Positions 56,406 through 64,000 of a stretch of 64,000 nt of DNA are shown here, piece after piece; within the stretch, counting starts at the first letter, position 1; each line of letters starts with the position of its first letter. The notes below the pieces were generated by a model. It had not been told where the DNA came from, made no database searches, and saw nothing but the letters and a program-made list of their open reading frames with translations. This DNA is from a virus. The position numbers were made by a program, and so were the translations under genes. The stretch lies in IMG/VR virus record IMGVR_UViG_3300043465_002420; one strand, written 5' to 3'.

Positions 56406-56417
56406 AATAGGAGTCGA

Positions 56418-56918
56418 ATTATCAATAGTTTATTTAAAATTTCTTTTTTTTTTACATTATTTTTATGTGGTTGCCCAAAAACAACTAATGATAATTCAAA
56501 TAAAATAAAGCAAAATCCTGTAGAAGAAAAACCTAGTCAAAATATAGATTATAAAAATGAATATTCCGAATCAAATCTAAAGCTCTTAAAGCTGCATAAT
56601 AAACAAAGAGAGTACAAAGGCAGGGTTGGATTAGATTTAGATAAAACTCTTATAAATTACGCACAAAAGCATGCTGAATGGATGGCTAAAAAAAACAACC
56701 TTACTCATTCTGATATATCTGTTTTAATGGGTAAATATCATACTGCTGGTGAAAACATAGCTTGGAATCAAGAAGACGAGGATGAAGTGACAAATTCATG
56801 GATGAATTCTTCTGGTCATCGTGCAAATATCCTGAATAGAAGTTTTTCCAAAGTTGGATTTGGTGTCGCATCAGCAAAAGATGGAAGTCTATATTGGTGT
56901 ACTGTTTTTGGTGACTGA
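56418..56918 (+). CDS. CAP/SCP-domain lipoprotein, apparent ATT start
   Basis: Frame open from the in-frame TAA at 56403; AGGAG SD; lipobox LCGC; LHNKQR...AQKHAEWM...GENIA...WMNSSGHRANIL. Confidence 0.75.
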   Translation: MINSLFKISFFFTLFLCGCPKTTNDNSNKIKQNPVEEKPSQNIDYKNEYSESNLKLLKLHNKQREYKGRVGLDLDKTLINYAQKHAEWMAKKNNLTHSDISVLMGKYHTAGENIAWNQEDEDEVTNSWMNSSGHRANILNRSFSKVGFGVASAKDGSLYWCTVFGD

Positions 56919-57347
56919 TTCCATTTTTAAATATAAATTCTTAGGTGGTTCTTTGTAATAAAACTTTATATAAGGACAAATCCAAGCCCCTTGATCAGAC
57001 ATCATACCTTTGAGATTTTCCTCATGGACATCATAAAGCCAACCATCATACAATGGCTCTTTGTAAATCATTTTAACATCACATGATGGAAAATAATTAT
57101 CTGATACCAAAAGAATAAAGCCATTTTTATAATCTGATAATTTTTTAAGCTTGCATCCTATATTTATCAATCTGTCTGTTCCAACAACCACTGGAGATAA
57201 TGCCATATCTGTAATTTGTGCTGGTGCAAAATCATAAAATTCTCCATTTTTTTCAAACATCCATCTATTGTCTCTTTTCAAAACAAAGAATGTTCTTACT
57301 CCAATTTTTTCGTAATCACTATTATCAAATTCATTTAAAACACTCAT
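56889..57347 (-). CDS. DUF6717-like phage protein
   Basis: GWLY...GAWICPYIKFYYKEPPKNLY. Confidence 0.55.
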   Translation of the reverse strand: MSVLNEFDNSDYEKIGVRTFFVLKRDNRWMFEKNGEFYDFAPAQITDMALSPVVVGTDRLINIGCKLKKLSDYKNGFILLVSDNYFPSCDVKMIYKEPLYDGWLYDVHEENLKGMMSDQGAWICPYIKFYYKEPPKNLYLKMESVTKNSTPI

Positions 57348-57781
57348 TAGCAGTCCTTAAATTTGTTTTGTGTTATCTTTATTTTTTCAATATCTTTAGC
57401 TGGTCTAGAAAAAACTTTCAGAACCACTTCTTCTTTTCTATAATTGAGTACAAATATAATCATATCGCACTCTAAAGATTTACTTTTAGATGCGTATAAA
57501 ATATTATGAATTTCAATCTTTTTTGATATTAGATTCTCGATACAACCAGCAACATCGAAGGCAAAATTGTAATAGAATGTTTTGCCATCTCTTGCTCCTC
57601 CAACAATTTCATTTCTCGATGGACAAGCAAGCAATTCTATCCTTTTCGTATCTTCGTCAAAGGTTACTTTGGTGTGAATATTAGTTTCCATATCAGATTC
57701 TTTTCTTTTTGCCTCTCCTATATAGCACCAATTGATGTATACGCTTTCAAATATTTTTTTATATATTGGTTTAATTTTCAT
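57347..57781 (-). CDS. hypothetical protein
   Basis: Translationally coupled within a minus-strand operon. Confidence 0.6.
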   Translation of the reverse strand: MKIKPIYKKIFESVYINWCYIGEAKRKESDMETNIHTKVTFDEDTKRIELLACPSRNEIVGGARDGKTFYYNFAFDVAGCIENLISKKIEIHNILYASKSKSLECDMIIFVLNYRKEEVVLKVFSRPAKDIEKIKITQNKFKDC

Positions 57782-58029
57782 TAATTGTACCCTGCCTTTT
57801 TGTCTATTTCGATAATCATCTTCAATACTTTTTCTACCTCACTAAGCATCTCTGCTTTAGTTCCGTAGAATCTAAAATCTCCAAAATCATGGGCAACATC
57901 CCAAGGATAATTGGGTGACAACCTCTCTGCTTCGACATGAACACCATCTGAGGTATCAAAAATTATTTTTTTCATTTTCATTTCTCTAAAAGGGTAATTC
58001 GTCAATTGTAAAAAACTTTGGAGGAACAA
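57781..58029 (-). CDS. hypothetical protein (start probably 57979)
   Basis: Operon context. Confidence 0.55.
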   Translation of the reverse strand: MFLQSFLQLTNYPFREMKMKKIIFDTSDGVHVEAERLSPNYPWDVAHDFGDFRFYGTKAEMLSEVEKVLKMIIEIDKKAGYN

Positions 58030-58249
58030 CTTTGTATTCTTCTCCTATAAAATCAAGTATTTGTTGCTTTCTTTCATCTGGTAAAAAATCAAAAGTTAAT
58101 GCCAACAAATCAATAGCTACATTAACTTCATCTTCTTCATTTGATGATGCTGATTTTATAATAGAATTTAAAAAATTCATAATCTTCTTTTTGATTTCAA
58201 GATTATTTTTTTTCACAGTATAAACTCCATAATTATACCATACCAACAT
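57986..58249 (-). CDS. hypothetical protein (start probably MNFLNS)
   Basis: Operon context; TGGTATAAT extended -10 upstream. Confidence 0.5.
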   Translation of the reverse strand: MLVWYNYGVYTVKKNNLEIKKKIMNFLNSIIKSASSNEEDEVNVAIDLLALTFDFLPDERKQQILDFIGEEYKVVPPKFFTIDELPF

Positions 58250-58276
58250 TTCACGAACAGTAAAGAAGACTAATAG

Positions 58277-59125
58277 TCACCAAGAATAAAAATCAGATTT
58301 ATACAAATCAAAATTAAAATCAAATATTTTCCTTTGCAAGTTTTCGGCAAAGTGTTCTGGACTTATAATGACATTAATATCGCAATTTTTAATATTTTCT
58401 TTAACAATGCTAGTCACACCATCAATAAACTTTACAGTTCCAAGAAGTGGCATTGTTTCTAAAAGTTGCAAAAAGCATTCATCAGAAATTAATTTGTTAA
58501 CTAAAAGATATTTGCATAATTTTTTCATTTTCGTTGAAGCGTCACACCAATCAGGGTGTTTTGCCGAAATCAAGTCAATGATAAACAAATCATATTTGGA
58601 AGACACGAAAGAATAAACACTTCTAATATTGTGCAAATACTGTCTATCTTCGCTGAATCCAATACGGTTCAAAAAAGCAGAGTCATCTTGGTCTTCTGGC
58701 TTTGATTTTATAATACTTTGTATTAACAACCATGAATTCTTATTTTCCAGATTGATTGGAGATTCATCATTCCAAGTTATTTTGTAATCACTATCGCATT
58801 TATAATCAAAGCATTTTCCATCAAATGAATTGTCGTTATAAAACAAAATCGAAAATGACGAATCTTTTTTTTCTGTATTGATATTTCCATCAACACAAAT
58901 GCACACTTGATCTATTGAGGCACCAACTTTGAACAGTTTGACAATTGATGCAATCTCATAATCATTTTTAGAAAAAACAATACAAGACGGAGAACCTTTC
59001 TTTCCAAATATTAAAAAAGAAGGTGTTGAAATTGATTTAGAGTGCGATGACCAATATTCTTTAAATTTCTGGGCAAAATTAAAAATATTTTTTTCTTCCG
59101 TGAAAATAAAATCAAACATAATCAA
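58277..59125 (-). CDS. hypothetical protein
   Basis: Long ORF, coupled to the upstream gene. Confidence 0.7.
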   Translation of the reverse strand: MIMFDFIFTEEKNIFNFAQKFKEYWSSHSKSISTPSFLIFGKKGSPSCIVFSKNDYEIASIVKLFKVGASIDQVCICVDGNINTEKKDSSFSILFYNDNSFDGKCFDYKCDSDYKITWNDESPINLENKNSWLLIQSIIKSKPEDQDDSAFLNRIGFSEDRQYLHNIRSVYSFVSSKYDLFIIDLISAKHPDWCDASTKMKKLCKYLLVNKLISDECFLQLLETMPLLGTVKFIDGVTSIVKENIKNCDINVIISPEHFAENLQRKIFDFNFDLYKSDFYSW

Positions 59126-59340
59126 CTCGGTGGTACTAAGTTCTGTAACTGTAAGCCAAAAGCCATAATAGCTGGATTAGTAGATTTGCAAGCCACAATA
59201 AAATCCCCAATGTCTAAAGCCAGATTAAGATCTAAATCGACATCAACACGATGCTTAATGGAAAATGATGGATCTTTAGGCTTATTTCTATTGTCTTCAA
59301 AATCATTATTTTTTTTGGATCTAGGGTTAAATTCATTCAT
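59122..59340 (-). CDS. hypothetical protein
   Basis: Coupled overlaps on both sides. Confidence 0.6.
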   Translation of the reverse strand: MNEFNPRSKKNNDFEDNRNKPKDPSFSIKHRVDVDLDLNLALDIGDFIVACKSTNPAIMAFGLQLQNLVPPS

Positions 59341-59656
59341 AGTTCAGACCTTTCACTGTTACATATAAAAAATCAATATTAGGAAGTTTATCCTGCAACT
59401 CTACAGGAAGTTTTATAACATTAGATTCAGTAGCATACAATATGAAATTATCATTTTTGGAAATAAGCTTAATGAACATATCGTAATTAGGAATTTTTCC
59501 CGATGATATCACTAATGAAATACCATCATTGCACACTTCCTTTGAATGTTCAATAAATATTTTAAAAATTTCAGAATCAAGTTGGATATTCCACTCAGGA
59601 AATATCCAACTATCATTCTTTCTGATGATTGGAACCACAGCTAAACTATTACTCAT
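59333..59656 (-). CDS. hypothetical protein
   Basis: GGAG SD; coupled overlaps. Confidence 0.6.
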   Translation of the reverse strand: MSNSLAVVPIIRKNDSWIFPEWNIQLDSEIFKIFIEHSKEVCNDGISLVISSGKIPNYDMFIKLISKNDNFILYATESNVIKLPVELQDKLPNIDFLYVTVKGLNYE

Positions 59657-60593
59657 TTAAACTCCAATGTTTTTTTATTACACTTACAGCCGTTTTAAAC
59701 GCATGTGTAATGGTCATTTTTGAGTAAGGTCTTTTGGTAGAAGGATTAACCAATGATCTTGCAAGTTCTGACTTCCATCCATGCTTACCATTAAGGGAAG
59801 CGATGATACATTTACGCTCTAAATCTGATAGTGGCAAATTATCGATTTCAGAAACATTAAATGTAACTTCCGATTCATTTTGCCTTGCAACCGGATCAAA
59901 CCTTAGACCATCAGAATCATACAAGCTCTCAACCACACACTTTGTGATATGACTATTTACATTTCTTCTTTGTTTGGAGTTAAGTTTTAAATCCTCAAAA
60001 ACATCTTCTCTCGTTTTATTTGGATTTTGAAGCATATTTTGTTCAACTATATTCTTAAGCACATAATGCCTAGAAGGAGAAACTATAAGACGATTCTTAT
60101 TGATATGGTGCGATCTATATCTTGAAGCAACCCTACGCAAAAATGAAGTTATTTCTTTAGTTTCATCCGTAAAGTAATAAAGAGCAAAGATGGACTTTAG
60201 AAACAATTCTTGCATGATATCTGCATCGCCATATGACCATTTGTACAGCAAAGGAATATGTCCTTCAATAACTGCAACTTCGATAGTCTTATTTCCTAAT
60301 TCTGAGAATATTACCTTTTTAGGAATTAAGATTGTTTTGCGATCATTTTCAAATTCTGCAATTAAATTTTCTGGAATTTTATCAGTGTTTGGCTTATCGC
60401 TTAGTACTGACCATCTGAAAGCTACTTTTTCCTTACGAGGATAAAAAGATGACCATTTTTTCATTAATTCTGAGCTTTTCTTTATCTTTTCTTTTATGAA
60501 AGACTTATTTTCCTCAGAAAGAATATTATATTTGTAACTCATTGCTGCTTCAACCAACCTTTCTTGTTGTGATTGTTTACCGACTACAAACAT
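59649..60593 (-). CDS. sigma-70-like RNA polymerase sigma factor
   Basis: Region-2-like VIEGHIPLLYKW...DIMQE...AL..F; region-3-like TREDVFEDL; region-4-like LSDLERKCII...ELAR. Confidence 0.55.
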   Translation of the reverse strand: MFVVGKQSQQERLVEAAMSYKYNILSEENKSFIKEKIKKSSELMKKWSSFYPRKEKVAFRWSVLSDKPNTDKIPENLIAEFENDRKTILIPKKVIFSELGNKTIEVAVIEGHIPLLYKWSYGDADIMQELFLKSIFALYYFTDETKEITSFLRRVASRYRSHHINKNRLIVSPSRHYVLKNIVEQNMLQNPNKTREDVFEDLKLNSKQRRNVNSHITKCVVESLYDSDGLRFDPVARQNESEVTFNVSEIDNLPLSDLERKCIIASLNGKHGWKSELARSLVNPSTKRPYSKMTITHAFKTAVSVIKKHWSLNE

Positions 60594-60640
60594 AAGGTAA
60601 AAAGATTTGTCCGAAACTCAACCTGATCTTTTACCCTTAC
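60594..60640 (-). promoter_or_regulatory. conserved structured 5' leader (stem-loop ending at the AUG), also at 329-375
   Basis: AAGGGTAAAAGAT pairs with ATCTTTTTACCTT around a GGTTGAGTTNNGGACAA loop. Confidence 0.5.
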
Positions 60641-60649
60641 ATATAGTTG

Positions 60650-60675
60650 TTCGTTGTTGCTGCCAATTTATTTCA
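60650..60675 (-). promoter_or_regulatory. ECF-type promoter TGAAAT-N16-CGAA (copy 3), upstream of the sigma-like gene
   Basis: Exact motif and spacing; CGAACAACTATATGT identical to copy 1. Confidence 0.6.
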
Positions 60676-60726
60676 AGAAATTTATCCTAATGATAAAAAT
60701 TTTTGACAAATTGATTTTAAAAACTT

Positions 60727-60734
60727 ATAAATAA
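60727..60734 (+). promoter_or_regulatory. T4-type late promoter TATAAATA
   Basis: Exact consensus ending 4 nt before ATG 60739. Confidence 0.6.
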
Positions 60735-60738
60735 AGCC

Positions 60739-61143
60739 ATGAACATTATTCATTTTTTTGAGTGGGAACAGCCAGATATAATAAGCTTTGACTTTGACGA
60801 TACTTTATGCTTAAAATATGGCGTTCCAAATGAAGAAATTGTTAAAATTCTCAAAAATTACCATCGTGAAGGCTGTACATGCATAATAGTAACCGCAAGG
60901 AATCATGAGCATGAATCAGAGGAATGGTGGCAAGAAAATCAACCAAATCGTACTACTATAATTAAATTCTTAAAAAAACATCAAATACCAATTGAGAAAA
61001 TATTTTTCACCAACCATGAGCCAAAAGGCCCAATTTTAAAAAAATTAAATGTAAAATTGCATTATGACGATAAAGATGAAGAATTAGAAAGTGCCAAAGA
61101 TCACGGCATAAAAACTATAAAAGTGGAATATAAGGAAGTTTAA
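60739..61143 (+). CDS. HAD-superfamily phosphatase
   Basis: ISFDFDDTL, IVTAR, K, HYDD motifs. Confidence 0.85.
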   Translation: MNIIHFFEWEQPDIISFDFDDTLCLKYGVPNEEIVKILKNYHREGCTCIIVTARNHEHESEEWWQENQPNRTTIIKFLKKHQIPIEKIFFTNHEPKGPILKKLNVKLHYDDKDEELESAKDHGIKTIKVEYKEV

Positions 61144-61832
61144 TGGAAAGAGTAAGTTTAATTGAAGGCCAAATACCAGTAGTTATTTTTGCTCCTCATG
61201 GATTTCAAGGCAATGATGAAAACACTGCAATTATCGCAGAAAACATTGCGAGGCAAATATCTGCATTTGCGGTCATAAACAAAGGATGGGAAAGAGCAGA
61301 CACAGTTGACTGCATCAGAGATAAAGCTGATTGTAACAATGTTGATCATTGCCACACAGAAGTTGTTGATGAAGAAATACTAGAACCTATGCTTAAATTT
61401 ACAAAAAAAGCAAAAGCCCTTGGTGATACAGTTTTTCTTTATAACATTCATGGAATGAGCAATAAGCATAGAAGTAAAATAAATGATAAGATCGATATGG
61501 TCATTGGCTATGGAGAGGGCAATCCAGCAAGCTACAGTATGGATATTTGGAGAAAAGATTTCTTTATGCATAGACTTTTAAGTTTTGGAATTAATGCATA
61601 CGAAGGCAAATCTGGAGGTCCTTTTAGTGGATGGTCAAGGAACAATATGAATCAATTATTTCGCAAATGGAATTTTGACAATAGCGTACAGGCATTACAA
61701 TTAGAAATAGCACATGAATTAAGATCAGATAAAGAAATGTGCATGTTATTTAGTGATTACTTGGCTACTTGCATTAGTGATCTTATTGGTGTGACTGATT
61801 TCGTACCAGATAAAAAATATAAAAGCTATTGA
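61143..61832 (+). CDS. N-formylglutamate amidohydrolase / Zn-peptidase-like hydrolase
   Basis: FAPHG, NIHG, ALQLEI. Confidence 0.5.
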   Translation: MERVSLIEGQIPVVIFAPHGFQGNDENTAIIAENIARQISAFAVINKGWERADTVDCIRDKADCNNVDHCHTEVVDEEILEPMLKFTKKAKALGDTVFLYNIHGMSNKHRSKINDKIDMVIGYGEGNPASYSMDIWRKDFFMHRLLSFGINAYEGKSGGPFSGWSRNNMNQLFRKWNFDNSVQALQLEIAHELRSDKEMCMLFSDYLATCISDLIGVTDFVPDKKYKSY

Positions 61833-62302
61833 TTTTTAATATTTCGATCAATGAAAGACTGATCTTCTGGATTTACAGTTATATTTTCTGGCTTTCTATT
61901 CAAAGACCAATCGTGATTTAAGAAAATGAAGTTTTTTTCTTGGTTGTTTTTTTCTATTATGGAAAAATTTTCATTAAAGCCTATTCCCAAGTTGTTTATT
62001 CTTTGAGAATTTTTTTTCAATTCTGCTTCGATATTTATAATTCTGCCAGTGATAGATTCATCTTTATTTACAATTGTACCAGTGACAGATTCATCTCCAA
62101 TTGGTTTTTTGTTACTTTTAATTTTAAAATGTTCAACAATAAAATATCTAAATTTTTCATTTTTTTTAAAGAGAAGTCCAATTGACATAAAAGAAAGTGC
62201 AATAATTACAAAGTATAAAAAAAAATTACTTTTTTTCTTTACGATAATTTTTTTTGATTTATTTAATATTTCATTTTCAAGTTCTTTTTCCCATGATTCC
62301 AT
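61826..62302 (-). CDS. membrane-anchored coiled-coil protein
   Basis: One TM segment; GGGGG SD-like sequence. Confidence 0.6.
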   Translation of the reverse strand: MESWEKELENEILNKSKKIIVKKKSNFFLYFVIIALSFMSIGLLFKKNEKFRYFIVEHFKIKSNKKPIGDESVTGTIVNKDESITGRIINIEAELKKNSQRINNLGIGFNENFSIIEKNNQEKNFIFLNHDWSLNRKPENITVNPEDQSFIDRNIKNQ

Positions 62303-62314
62303 ATATCCCCCAAA

Positions 62315-63229
62315 TTATTTGTGCCTTAATAGGCTTTTATGTATAGATATGACCATATTGTTATAAATTTGACATTCATATTTTTTCTTATAAGAGAAAA
62401 GAGGCTCTAAATAAATTCCTCTTCTTATATTTCCAATATAATGTAGATTTTTTTTTGGACTATCATACATTGAAATTGCAATATATTTTTCTTTATCTTT
62501 ATACACTGATAAATCACATCTTGTTTTGATGGCATCTTTGGATAAGCTTTTTATGTAATTTTGAGATTGATATTCTTGTGTGTTGATTTTGGTAGAAAGT
62601 TTCATTTTTTCTGCGTCTATGAGATTATGCAATACCTTTTTATCTCCGTATTTATTTTTTTCATAAATTTTTCTTATGTTGTGCAAATTTTCAATTGAAA
62701 TATTTGAATGTCCTTTTAATCCATTGCATATTGAACACATAGTTTGATAATTTGAATGTCTATCTGTTCCTCCCACACACTTAGGTGTAATGTGATCTTT
62801 AGTCAAGAGGACAAGGCCATCTTGACTTTTAGCATAAAGATTAAAATGAGGAGTAACATCATTCAAGTTTTTTTCTAATATGACCTTTGTGCCTTCAATG
62901 CCACAACAAACACATTTATTGTTTTCTCTAAATAGAAAGTATCTCTGCGAGTTCATCTTTACAATGTACTCTTTACCTTGAAATGAAACTTTAAAATTAT
63001 TGTTTGTTTTTTTTAATTTATCTAATATAAAAGACCAAGAATATTCCTTGATCCTTTGAATTTCTATATTATTTTTTAATTCTTCGACTTTTATTTCTAA
63101 ATCAATATTTGGAAAATGCAAATCACGAATGGCATTGGTTAATTCATCAAATGCTTTTTGTTGAACAAATTCTTTAGATTCACCGCTTTTTATTGTCCAT
63201 TTTATACTCGCCTTAATTTCATATTTCAT
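62315..63229 (-). CDS. HNH endonuclease domain protein
   Basis: CVCCG...TKDHITPKCVGG...NYQTMCSICNGLKG. Confidence 0.85.
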   Translation of the reverse strand: MKYEIKASIKWTIKSGESKEFVQQKAFDELTNAIRDLHFPNIDLEIKVEELKNNIEIQRIKEYSWSFILDKLKKTNNNFKVSFQGKEYIVKMNSQRYFLFRENNKCVCCGIEGTKVILEKNLNDVTPHFNLYAKSQDGLVLLTKDHITPKCVGGTDRHSNYQTMCSICNGLKGHSNISIENLHNIRKIYEKNKYGDKKVLHNLIDAEKMKLSTKINTQEYQSQNYIKSLSKDAIKTRCDLSVYKDKEKYIAISMYDSPKKNLHYIGNIRRGIYLEPLFSYKKKYECQIYNNMVISIHKSLLRHK

Positions 63230-63483
63230 TGAAACTCTTCATTCATATGATCTGCTTCGGCCTGACTGTATAAAAGCTCATAGACCATAAGACCACAATA
63301 GGCTGTAATCAATTTGTTTTTATTTATTTTAGAAAACGACCTAATCCATGTGCTTATAATTGGATTTACTTCTTCTATTTCTTTAAGTTTATTTTCAATA
63401 TACAAAACATCATCAGCGTTTTGCAAATTTCCAATTAATGAAAATGTCGTTTCCTTTTTCACCACAGGCAAATACTTTTCCAT
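63226..63483 (-). CDS. hypothetical protein
   Basis: AAGGA SD; coupled overlap. Confidence 0.6.
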   Translation of the reverse strand: MEKYLPVVKKETTFSLIGNLQNADDVLYIENKLKEIEEVNPIISTWIRSFSKINKNKLITAYCGLMVYELLYSQAEADHMNEEFQ

Positions 63484-63491
63484 TATCTTCC

Positions 63492-64000
63492 TTAAGGCAA
63501 TATCTGAAGTACATAATCATTAAACACTTGTGCCATCTGGTGTTCTGGGAATGCTTTGCTGTAGTCATCCCTAGTTATTCTTGATGACACCAATTTGTTG
63601 TCTTTGAAGAAATCTTCAACTAGAGTTTTAACACCATCTTGACTAACGACCTTAAACCTAGCACCATCAAACCATTTATTGTTTTCGTTAATTGGAAAAT
63701 AAGTCTTCTGTTTTATATCACCAATAAGACCAAGCTCCGTCAACTCTTCATCTGTAAAAACTAATTGAACATAAGCTTTATTTAACTTTCTGTACAAATG
63801 AGTTCCATGCCTTGATGAAAAAGGATGGCAACGAACAAATATTTTTGAATTATCATCAACGATTTGACGAATTTTATTTAAAACTTCAACTGGGTTTTCG
63901 GTATGATCTAAAACATCATAAAGCAAAACAAAATCGTAAGGAGCATTTTTTTTAATTTTTTCAAAGTCACTTGTCAATAAAAAGCTTTCTTTTTTTTCTT
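63492..64000 (-). CDS. class I SAM methyltransferase, 3' part (5' end outside the window)
   Basis: YDFVLLYDVLDH...GTHLY; frame is open to the window edge. Confidence 0.75.
   Translation of the reverse strand, partial: EKKESFLLTSDFEKIKKNAPYDFVLLYDVLDHTENPVEVLNKIRQIVDDNSKIFVRCHPFSSRHGTHLYRKLNKAYVQLVFTDEELTELGLIGDIKQKTYFPINENNKWFDGARFKVVSQDGVKTLVEDFFKDNKLVSSRITRDDYSKAFPEHQMAQVFNDYVLQILP

Noticed and set aside
511-63523. Numerous overlapping or antisense track ORFs (e.g. 511, 947, 2859, 7509, 10574, 11960, 12120, 14265, 20112, 22505, 24249, 27359, 31186, 33170, 45309, 47945, 49079, 58368, 60190, 62049, 63314)
   Set aside because: They overlap better-supported genes, lack SD sites or motifs, and show the hydrophobic bias typical of antisense frames in AT-rich DNA
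1-64000. Alternative genetic code (TAG or TGA recoding)
   Set aside because: Long genes are intact in code 11, and TAG/TGA-terminated genes end at natural domain ends followed by proper starts
1-64000. tRNA or rRNA genes
   Set aside because: No cloverleaf or T-loop GTTCRANYC in a tRNA context was found by eye; tRNAscan-SE should confirm
1-64000. Eukaryotic giant virus (NCLDV) origin
   Set aside because: GNA1-, BCS1- and GT77-like genes are present, but SD sites, a sigma-like factor, PspC, IscA, a lipobox and T4-type promoters and leaders indicate a bacteriophage

Overview
This is a very AT-rich, densely coded 64 kb segment of what is most likely a T4-like jumbo bacteriophage. Evidence: Shine-Dalgarno sites, T4-type late promoters (NHTAAATA), a sigma-70-like gene, and about 25 genes with a T4 internal-protein-like N-terminal leader, Mx[STN]Fx[EQNH][WYF]..E. 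The IscA/HesB copy and secreted low-complexity proteins hint at a Planctomycetota host (inference). I saw no capsid, terminase or DNA polymerase genes, no CRISPR array and no tRNA genes. The best candidate for an undescribed system lies at 7.6-23.4 kb. It is a co-oriented array of putative capsid-delivered proteins: four PARP-like (H-Y) ADP-ribosyltransferase paralogs and two paralogs with a second ART-like domain, each fused to a variable number of ~29-aa helical repeats. NUDIX, GNAT-like and 2H-phosphoesterase genes are interleaved. Genes are joined by a conserved junction, GCTGCAAARTAAAYYATGAAYTTYAAA (...AAK-stop-NNN-MNFK...). A serine recombinase block interrupts the array, and one paralog appears to have had its interior replaced by a sulfotransferase-like gene. 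Other highlights: a leader-bearing CCA-adding enzyme and 2H enzymes (possible tRNA repair or anti-CBASS); three exact TGAAAT-N16-CGAA ECF-type promoters, one upstream of the phage sigma-like gene and followed by a conserved structured leader; a 30-unit TTACTC iteron-like array (possible origin); a nine-repeat nuclease; two secreted prion-like proteins sharing a motif; and a glycan-tailoring cluster. All family assignments come from visual motif recognition. No database search was run.
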